DNA of 32,000 bases from Haloferax volcanii DS2. GTDB lineage: Archaea; Halobacteriota; Halobacteria; Halobacteriales; Haloferacaceae. Below are positions 18,450 to 25,085 of the stretch, piece by piece. The notes beneath the pieces were generated by a model. The model was not told where the DNA came from. It made no database searches and saw only the letters and a program-made list of their open reading frames with translations. The position numbers were made by a program, and so were the translations under genes. Location of the stretch: the NCBI RefSeq assembly GCF_000025685.1, contig NC_013966.1:210001-242000 (forward strand). Direction: 5' to 3'. Numbering within the stretch: position 1 is the first letter of the stretch; each line of letters begins with the position of its first letter.

Positions 18450-19766
18450 ATGAAACAACCAACGCAGTATCACCGCGACGGCGACGACGCGGCCGACACG
18501 GAGCGACTCCAGCGGTACGTCGAGGTGCTCGACGACGTGCTCGACTACGCCCGCGACCGCGACTACAAGGGCTGGGACTACGGCGACGGCATGAGCAGCA
18601 GGCTCCTGCTTTCGGTCCCCATCGACAACCGCTGGTTCAACCTCGCGGTCCAGGAGTTCATCAAGCGCTCGCCCGTCAACGTCCGCCCGCTGTTTCTCGT
18701 GGAGCAACGCCGGAACTTCAAAGGCATCACGCTGTTCGCCATGGCGAACCGGACCCGCGCCCAGTTGGCCGAGCGGTTCGACGGCGACCGCCCGGCGGAG
18801 ACGTACCGCGACGACGCGGCATCGCTGACGGAGTGGCTCGTCGAGAACCAGGCCAGGGGGTACAGCGGCTTCGCCGGCAGTCACCGCCACGTCATCCAGC
18901 ACATCTCCGGTCGCAACGGCCCGCGGTCGGGGATTCCGCACTCACCGAACATCGTCTCGACGGCCTACGGCGTCAAGGCGCTCCTCGCGGGCCGGGAGTT
19001 CGACCCCGACTACCCGGACATCGCCAAAACCGCCGTGGACGTGCTGCTCGACGACCTCAACTACCGGCCGAAAGACGACGGCGCGGTCATGGACTACTAC
19101 CTCTCGCACCCGAAGGACAGCTACACGCTCAACGCGCTGGCCATCGGGGCGCGGTTGTTCGTCGAGCTGTACGACCACTTCGGCGACGAGGAACTGCTCG
19201 AACGCGCCGAGAAGGTGTACGACTTCGTCGCGTCGAAGCAGACCGACCGCGGCGGGTGGTACTACCGCGAGCCCGCGAGCGCCTCGCACCTCTCGATGGA
19301 TAACCACCACAACGGCTTCATTGTCGAGTGCTTCCAGCGCTACGAACAGGTCGTCGGCAGCGGACGGTACGACGAGACGCTCGCTCGCGGCCTCGACTTC
19401 TACGCCCGCGAACTGTTCGACGAGGACGGCGCGCCCAACTTCGACGAGGAGCATCCCTACCCGCGGGACATTCACGCGACGGCGCAGGGCATCCTCGTGT
19501 TCGCCTACGCCGGCCAGTACGACCGCGCCGAGCGCGCCATCGACTGGGCGCTCGCGAACATGTACGTCCCGTCCGAGGGCCGGTTCTACTTCCGCAAACA
19601 CCGCTTTTACACCAAGCGCATGACGCTCATGCGGTGGTGTCAGGCGTGGATGGCCTACGCCATCGCCGAGTACGTCGCCACCAGAATCTCCGGGGAACCG
19701 ACGCACGGCTACGGCATCGACGCCGACGGTATCGAGCGCCTACGGGCGGCGGCAGAGACCCCCTGA
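18450..19766 (+). CDS. Conserved hypothetical protein, aromatic-rich and probably all-helical; function unknown
   Basis: 438-aa ORF with haloarchaeal acidic composition and no competing credible frame. Motifs such as GGWYYRE, DNHHNGF and RWCQAW suggest a carbohydrate-active toroid-like fold, but I could not place it in a family. Confidence 0.7.
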   Translation: MKQPTQYHRDGDDAADTERLQRYVEVLDDVLDYARDRDYKGWDYGDGMSSRLLLSVPIDNRWFNLAVQEFIKRSPVNVRPLFLVEQRRNFKGITLFAMANRTRAQLAERFDGDRPAETYRDDAASLTEWLVENQARGYSGFAGSHRHVIQHISGRNGPRSGIPHSPNIVSTAYGVKALLAGREFDPDYPDIAKTAVDVLLDDLNYRPKDDGAVMDYYLSHPKDSYTLNALAIGARLFVELYDHFGDEELLERAEKVYDFVASKQTDRGGWYYREPASASHLSMDNHHNGFIVECFQRYEQVVGSGRYDETLARGLDFYARELFDEDGAPNFDEEHPYPRDIHATAQGILVFAYAGQYDRAERAIDWALANMYVPSEGRFYFRKHRFYTKRMTLMRWCQAWMAYAIAEYVATRISGEPTHGYGIDADGIERLRAAAETP

Positions 19767-19776
19767 CGGCGTGTAG

Positions 19777-19794
19777 GCCGGCGCGAACGCCGGC
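19777..19794 (+). terminator. GC hairpin just after the stop of the 438-aa ORF (possible terminator or RNA-stability element)
   Basis: gccggcg-cgaa-cgccggc, a perfect 7-bp stem starting 11 nt after the TGA at 19764..19766. No T-tract follows, so the function is uncertain. Confidence 0.35.
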
Positions 19795-19803
19795 TAGTCG
19801 CTT

Positions 19804-19812
19804 CATAACAAA
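19804..19812 (+). promoter_or_regulatory. CATAACAAA box, 225 nt upstream of FemAB-like paralog 1
   Basis: Exact 9-mer, 10 nt after the hairpin at 19777..19794. Confidence 0.35.
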
Positions 19813-20036
19813 TCTCCGTCCTCCCGTCACAGTAGTTCGAGAATGTCTTTTCGAATGATACACGCCGACGCGACCCGACCGAATCGCGGGTCGATTTACG
19901 GAGCCGCCGAATCGGCCGGTGAATCGGCTTATTTCGGCCGGTTCGGTCGGACTGGACATCTCGAACGCGTCGCCCGGAATCGCTGCTGTCGACGACAACG
20001 GACGCAGTGCGAAGACCGCCGGTCGGCCCGCAGTCT

Positions 20037-21125
20037 ATGACCATCGAAATCGTCGAGTTCGACGAGCGCGACCGCGACGAGTGGGACACGTACGTCAGTC
20101 GGTCGAGTCAGGCGAGCCTCTTTCACCAGTACGAGGCGCTTCGGCTCCAAGCGAACTACTCGAACTCGAAGCTCCACCTGCTCGTCGGCTACAAGACCGA
20201 GGAGCCGGTCGGCCTGTTCCCCGTCTTCGAGATTCGAAAGGGGCTGGTCAAGACGGCGTTCTCGCCGCCGCCGCACATCGGCGTCCCCTACCTCGGGCCC
20301 GTGATGCTCGACGCCGGCAACATCAAGAGCCGGAAGTTCGAGCGCCGCCGCAACCAGTTCATCGACGGCTGTACCGAGTGGCTGGGCGAACACATCGGCC
20401 CGAGCTACACGCACGTCCGCGTCGGTGACTACTACACCGACATGCGGACGTTCCTGTGGGGCGGCTGCGACGTGTCGCCGAAGTACACCTACAACGTCGA
20501 CCTGACCCGCGGCGAAGAGGACCTCCTCATGTCGTTCAGCCGGAGCGCCCGCCGGAACATCCGCGACGGTCGAAAGCTCGTCTCGGGTATCGAGGAGGGC
20601 GACCGCGACGACATCTGTTCGATTCTCACGCTGGTCAAGAACCGCTACGAGGAACAGGATTTGTCGTTCGACGTGCCGCCGCAGTTCGTCATGGACCTGT
20701 ACGACTCGCTCCCGAAAGGCCAAGTTCGGCCCTACGTCTTCCGGTACGACGGGGCGTTCGTGAGCGGAATCGTCGTCCTCCAGAACGGGGACACGCTCTA
20801 CCGCTGGCTCGGCGGCGTCCGCCCCCAGTTCGATTTCGGCATCGACGTCAACGACCTGCTGGACTGGCGCATCATGCGCGACGGCATGGACGACGGGATG
20901 CGCCGCTACGACCTCGTCGGCGCGAACAACCGCCGACTCAACCGCTACAAGAGCAAGTACAACCCCGAACTCGTCACGTTCTACCAGATAGAACACGGCG
21001 CGCTCCCGGTCAGAACCATCGCGCACCTGTACAAGAGCCGCCTCGGCCCCGGCATCGAGATGCTGTCCCGGGGAAACGGGACGAGCCTCCCGTCGCGGCT
21101 CGTCTCGGGGTTCCTCCACCGATGA
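20037..21125 (+). CDS. FemAB/CelD-like GNAT-fold transferase (paralog 1)
   Basis: The C-terminal YDLVGANNRRLNRYKSKYNPELV matches the YDxGG...FKxxFGG signature of FemAB/Acetyltransf_6 proteins. ATG 20037 (MTIEIVEF) is preferred over the track start at 20007. Confidence 0.7.
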   Translation: MTIEIVEFDERDRDEWDTYVSRSSQASLFHQYEALRLQANYSNSKLHLLVGYKTEEPVGLFPVFEIRKGLVKTAFSPPPHIGVPYLGPVMLDAGNIKSRKFERRRNQFIDGCTEWLGEHIGPSYTHVRVGDYYTDMRTFLWGGCDVSPKYTYNVDLTRGEEDLLMSFSRSARRNIRDGRKLVSGIEEGDRDDICSILTLVKNRYEEQDLSFDVPPQFVMDLYDSLPKGQVRPYVFRYDGAFVSGIVVLQNGDTLYRWLGGVRPQFDFGIDVNDLLDWRIMRDGMDDGMRRYDLVGANNRRLNRYKSKYNPELVTFYQIEHGALPVRTIAHLYKSRLGPGIEMLSRGNGTSLPSRLVSGFLHR

Positions 21126-21213
21126 CGACCCGCTCGACGAGCCGACCGACGCACCGACCGACGCGTCAACCCACGCACCGACCGACGACCACCCACCCAC
21201 ACGACCACGACCT

Positions 21214-22251
21214 ATGTCACAACTCCGTATCGAACCCCTGAGCCTCGACGAGTGGGGAGCCGCGCTCCCCGCGTCGGGCACCGAAGTCTTCCACACCCCC
21301 GCGGTGCTCGCCGCCATCGACGAGCACTTCGACGGCGAAATGCACCTGTTCGGCGTCTTCAAGGGCCAAGAGCCGGTCGCGCTGTTCCCGACGTTCGTCC
21401 GCCGAAACCCCCTCGGACGGGTCGTCGTCTCGCCGCCGCCGTCGATGGCGATTCCGTACATCGGCCCGGTGATGATGCCGAACAGCCCGAAACAGAGCGC
21501 CTACGAGTCGGTGAACCGCGAGTTCGCCGACCTCGTGGTCGAGGAGCTCGGCATCCGCTCGAACCGGACGTTCGTCCGCCTGCTCTGTTCGCCGGCGTAC
21601 CTCGACCCCCGCCCGTTCGAGTGGACCGGCTTCGCGGTCAAACCCTCGTTTACCTACCGGCTCGACCTCGGCGGGCGCTCGCTCGACGAGATACAGGCCC
21701 AGTTCAGCAGCAGCCTCCGCCGCGAGATTCGGCAGGCGCGCGAACTCGACATCACCATCGCGGACGAGGGACTCGACGGCGCTCGCGTCGTCTACGACGA
21801 CGTGGTCTCGCGGTACGACGAGCAGGACGAACCGTTCGGGATGCCGTGGGAGTTCGTCGAGTCGCTAGTCGAGAACCTCGGCGACCGGTGTCGGGTGTAC
21901 GTCGCCCGCGACCCAGGCGGCGAGTATCTCAGCGGGATGATTGTCACCTTCTCCGACGAGGTGGGCTACTTCTGGCTCGGCGGTGCGCGGGGAGAGTACG
22001 ACGGCGTCAGCATCAACAGCCTGCTGCACTGGACCATCATCGAGGACATCGTCGAAGACGAGGCGCTCGCGTCGGTCACGAAGTACGACCTCGTCGGCGC
22101 GAACACGGAGCGGCTCTGCAACTACAAATCCAAGTTCGGCGGCGAACTCGTCCCGTACTACGTCGTCGAGTCGACCGGCGTCGGGATGAACCTCGCAAAG
22201 CGGACCTACCAGCTCCTGTACAAGGGGTCGGAGCGAATCGCCACGAAGTGA
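21214..22251 (+). CDS. FemAB/CelD-like GNAT-fold transferase (paralog 2)
   Basis: A clear paralog of 20037..21125 (EPVALFPTF vs EPVGLFPVF; SPPPSMAIPYIGPVM vs SPPPHIGVPYLGPVM; YDLVGANTERLCNYKSKFGGELV). Confidence 0.7.
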   Translation: MSQLRIEPLSLDEWGAALPASGTEVFHTPAVLAAIDEHFDGEMHLFGVFKGQEPVALFPTFVRRNPLGRVVVSPPPSMAIPYIGPVMMPNSPKQSAYESVNREFADLVVEELGIRSNRTFVRLLCSPAYLDPRPFEWTGFAVKPSFTYRLDLGGRSLDEIQAQFSSSLRREIRQARELDITIADEGLDGARVVYDDVVSRYDEQDEPFGMPWEFVESLVENLGDRCRVYVARDPGGEYLSGMIVTFSDEVGYFWLGGARGEYDGVSINSLLHWTIIEDIVEDEALASVTKYDLVGANTERLCNYKSKFGGELVPYYVVESTGVGMNLAKRTYQLLYKGSERIATK

Positions 22252-22305
22252 GTCGTCGGGGTCACACGACGCACCGCAGCGCCCGCGAGACGCGGGCGAC
22301 CGCGC

Positions 22306-22602
22306 TCACGCCATCTGCTGTGTTTGGATGACGTGCCAGATGTTCTCGGCGTCGTCGGTGATGCCGTACACCCGCCCTTTTCGGCGCTGTTCCGGGACGA
22401 GCAGTTCCACGAGCGAGCGGTCTCTGAGTTCCTGTAACGCCCGCGAGACGTGGGCGACCGCGCTCTCGGAGTCGGTGGCGATTTGCGTCGGCGTCGCCGG
22501 CCCCTCCGAGAGTCTATCGAGAACGGAGACGCGGTAGCGAGAGCTGATGACGAAGCCCACGTCGTCCCACGGCACGTCGTCGGTTCCACCGACGGAGCTC
22601 AC
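22306..22602 (-). CDS. Small winged-helix-turn-helix transcriptional regulator
   Basis: 98 aa. RYRVSVLDRLSEGPATPTQIATDSESAVAHVSRALQELRDRSLVE is an ArsR/MarR-like wHTH pattern. The start is a GTG with a GAGGTG SD upstream (22611..22616 on the + strand). Confidence 0.8.
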   Translation of the reverse strand: MSSVGGTDDVPWDDVGFVISSRYRVSVLDRLSEGPATPTQIATDSESAVAHVSRALQELRDRSLVELLVPEQRRKGRVYGITDDAENIWHVIQTQQMA

Positions 22603-22707
22603 GCAACGCCCACCTCGCTTAGGGCGGCGGGGCGTTCGGCGGTCGTGACAGCCAACGGGGACGGGACCGCCGACCGTGACAGAGACGAAACTACCGAAAA
22701 CAGACGA

Positions 22708-22724
22708 GTTAACGGAACGTTAAC
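22708..22724. promoter_or_regulatory. GTTAAC-N5-GTTAAC dyad, candidate operator upstream of the wHTH regulator gene
   Basis: Two palindromic AT-rich hexamers 5 nt apart in GC-rich intergenic DNA, ~105 nt upstream of the regulator start at 22602. Confidence 0.3.
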
Positions 22725-23014
22725 CGCGATGTCGGCGGGTGCCCGGCGTGCCGGCCGCATCGGTTCGGTGCGCATTCGTTCGTTAGTACGAACTTAATTA
22801 CATAAAGTCGTCGTTTGGATTATATTCGGCTATTCCTGAGTGTCTCGAGTTTATGGATGTCACGCTGACAGGAGTTCGGTCGAGTGCCCGTCGGCGTGGA
22901 GGAGGCTCGGCGGTCGACGGCGACGCGGCGATGCAGCGGCACGGCGATGCAGGCGACGCGCGGGAGGACGCGGCCTCGGCTCAGAATCCGGAATAGCTAC
23001 GGCGACCGGCGGAA

Positions 23015-23902
23015 ATGCACGACTCGATGACCGACACCTCGTCTTCGCTTCGAATCCTCCTCACCAACGACGACGGCATCGACGCGCCCGGCATCGCCGC
23101 CATGCGCGAGGAACTCACCGCCGTCGGCGACGTGACCGTCGTCGCGCCCGCCGAGAACCAAAGCGGCGTCGGCCGCGCCCGCAACGAACACGCGGTCCGC
23201 CGCGACCACCCGTGGGGGTACGCTCTCGAAGGAACCCCCGCGGACTGCGTCGCCTACGCCCTTCGCGGCCTCGACGCCGACTTCGATATCGTCGTCTCCG
23301 GTATCAACGACGGCCCGAACGCGGGCAACTACGTCGTCGGCCGGTCGGGAACCGTCGGCGCGGGCGTCGAGGCCGCGTTCCTCGGGACGCCCGCCGTCGC
23401 CGTCTCCAGCTACCACGCCAGGGACTTCTTCTGTCACCCGCCCGAGGAGTACGACTTCTCCCGTCCCGCACGGGTCGCCCGTGCCCTGACCGAGCGCGTC
23501 TTCGGGACCGACGTGTTCGACGAAGTCGACCTCCTGAACGTCAACGCCCCGGCGGACGTGCCGAGCCCCCGAATGCGCGTGACCCGCCCCTTCGCGGACT
23601 ACGACCAGCAGGTCGACCACGACCCGGACGCCGGCGCGCTTCCGGACGGCGACCGCGAACACGACCTCGACGACGACGAGGTGTACGTCCGGTTACAGGA
23701 CATTTCGTGGCCGGACTCCGTCGGCTTCGAGAACCCGTTCCCGCTCGACGACGAACACCGCGACCGCTATCCGGTCGGGAGCGACCGCCGCGCGATGGTC
23801 GACGGCGAAGTGAGCGTCTCGCCCCTCGCGGTCCACCACGGCCACGCGACGGACCCGCGGCTGGCGAGCATAGTCGAGAGCCTCTCCGAACAGGTGGAGT
23901 AG
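23015..23902 (+). CDS. surE: 5'/3'-nucleotidase SurE
   Basis: The N-terminal ILLTNDDGIDAPGI signature and a later SGINDGPN motif. Confidence 0.93.
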   Translation: MHDSMTDTSSSLRILLTNDDGIDAPGIAAMREELTAVGDVTVVAPAENQSGVGRARNEHAVRRDHPWGYALEGTPADCVAYALRGLDADFDIVVSGINDGPNAGNYVVGRSGTVGAGVEAAFLGTPAVAVSSYHARDFFCHPPEEYDFSRPARVARALTERVFGTDVFDEVDLLNVNAPADVPSPRMRVTRPFADYDQQVDHDPDAGALPDGDREHDLDDDEVYVRLQDISWPDSVGFENPFPLDDEHRDRYPVGSDRRAMVDGEVSVSPLAVHHGHATDPRLASIVESLSEQVE

Positions 23903-23929
23903 CGCGGAAGTCAGCCGGAAGCGACGACG

Positions 23930-24334
23930 CTACGACCGCGCCAACTGCCCGGTCTGCGAGAGGTACGCGGCGAGGTCCGACGTGGCAATCATCCCGATGA
24001 CGCCCTCCTCCTCGTCGACGACGGGCATGTGGTGAAAGCCGTGTTCGGTCATCGACTCCGCGACGGAGAGGATGGAGTCCTGCGCGCCCGCGGTAATCAC
24101 GTCCGTGGTCATGTACCGCTCGACGGTCGTCTGCGCTTTCGGCTGGCTCTTGGCGACGATGTCGACGAAGTCCGTCGTCGTCAGGATGCCTTCGAGCCGG
24201 TTGTCCTCGTCGACGACGATGACCGAACTGATGTTGTTGTCGAGAATCAACTGCGCCGCGTCTTCGACGAGCGTGTCTGGCGTGACCGTGTGGAGGGTCG
24301 TGGACATGAGTCTCGCGACGAATACGTCTTCCAT
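23930..24334 (-). CDS. CBS-domain pair protein
   Basis: 134 aa from ATG 24334 (MEDVFVARLMSTTLHTV). It has two CBS repeats (SSVIVVDEDNRLEGILTTTD and HHMPVVDEEEGVIGMIATSD). The track ORF extension to 24796 is antisense to msrA and is not credible. Confidence 0.88.
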   Translation of the reverse strand: MEDVFVARLMSTTLHTVTPDTLVEDAAQLILDNNISSVIVVDEDNRLEGILTTTDFVDIVAKSQPKAQTTVERYMTTDVITAGAQDSILSVAESMTEHGFHHMPVVDEEEGVIGMIATSDLAAYLSQTGQLARS

Positions 24335-24357
24335 GGTAATTGCTGACAGACAGGGCG

Positions 24358-24365
24358 GATAAATG
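24358..24365 (-). promoter_or_regulatory. TATA-like box (ATTTAT on minus strand) ~27 nt upstream of the CBS gene ATG; implies a leaderless mRNA
   Basis: An AT patch in GC-rich DNA at the canonical archaeal TATA-to-TSS distance from ATG 24334. Confidence 0.45.
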
Positions 24366-24446
24366 TTGGCTTCGCGTACAGTTTCGTGGGGAGGTACATC
24401 GGGATGACGACCGCGGGCCCCGGCCGCGACTGCCCCCGCCGCGGGG

Positions 24447-24453
24447 CTTAATT
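24447..24453 (+). promoter_or_regulatory. TATA-like box (CTTAATT) ~26 nt upstream of the msrA ATG; implies a leaderless mRNA
   Basis: An AT patch at the canonical distance from ATG 24476. Confidence 0.45.
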
Positions 24454-24475
24454 CCCCGGCGACGTAACCGAGGCT

Positions 24476-25045
24476 ATGGGAAGCACACAGACTGCGACGT
24501 TCGGCGGCGGCTGTTTCTGGTGCGTCGAAGCCGCGTTCAAGGAACTCGACGGCATCAGCGAGGTCACCTCTGGCTACGCCGGCGGCGAGACGGAGAACCC
24601 GAGCTACGAGCAGGTCTGTTCGGGGAGCACCGGCCACGCCGAGGTCGTGCAGGTCGACTACGACCCCGCGGTCGTCGGCTACGACGAACTGCTCGACGTG
24701 TTCTTCGCGGTCCACGACCCGACCCAACTCAACCGACAGGGGCCGGACGTGGGGACGCAGTACCGCTCTATCGTCCTGTTCCACGACGACGAACAAAAGC
24801 GACAGGCGTCGGCCTACATCGATGCGCTCGACGAGGAGTACGACGACGAGGTGGTCACGGAGTTAGTTCCGCTCGAGACCTTCTACGAGGCGGAGGAACA
24901 CCACCAGGACTACTTCGAGAAGGTAAGCACGGCTGACGGAAATACTAACGACGCCTACTGTCAGTTCAACGTCGTCCCGAAGATAGAGAAGGTCCGGGAG
25001 AAGTTCGCGGACAAGGTGAAGGCGGAGGCGGAGCCGGACGCCTGA
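24476..25045 (+). CDS. msrA: Peptide-methionine (S)-S-oxide reductase MsrA
   Basis: FGGGCFWCVEA active-site motif, and GHAEVVQVDYDP. Confidence 0.95.
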   Translation: MGSTQTATFGGGCFWCVEAAFKELDGISEVTSGYAGGETENPSYEQVCSGSTGHAEVVQVDYDPAVVGYDELLDVFFAVHDPTQLNRQGPDVGTQYRSIVLFHDDEQKRQASAYIDALDEEYDDEVVTELVPLETFYEAEEHHQDYFEKVSTADGNTNDAYCQFNVVPKIEKVREKFADKVKAEAEPDA

Positions 25046-25085
25046 CCCTGCTGGAGGCCGGTCCGCTCGTCGTCACCCCCCCGGG

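Noticed and set aside
19813-20036. Possible small gene or ncRNA in the 270-nt gap before FemAB-like paralog 1 (track ORF 19843..20040; repeats tcggccggt x2 and ttcga(g)aatg x2)
   Set aside because: The ORF is Arg/Cys-rich and unconvincing. The repeats are short and GC-palindromic. This may be a 5' UTR, but I cannot support a discrete feature.
12636-21461. Long minus-strand ORFs (12636..13649, 13700..14536, 15040..16209, 15843..16931, 17116..18462, 18942..19706, 19929..21461)
   Set aside because: All are antisense to motif-supported + strand genes and have the Arg/Gly/Val/Asp-rich composition of high-GC shadow ORFs.
22840-24000. 386-aa Arg-rich + strand ORF
   Set aside because: It is an alternative frame overlapping surE, which has an unmistakable signature. 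The composition is not protein-like for a halophile.
24335-24796. Upstream extension of the CBS-protein ORF (track 23930..24796)
   Set aside because: The extension runs antisense through msrA and its promoter. CBS domain homology begins at ATG 24334, which also has a TATA-like box at the leaderless distance.
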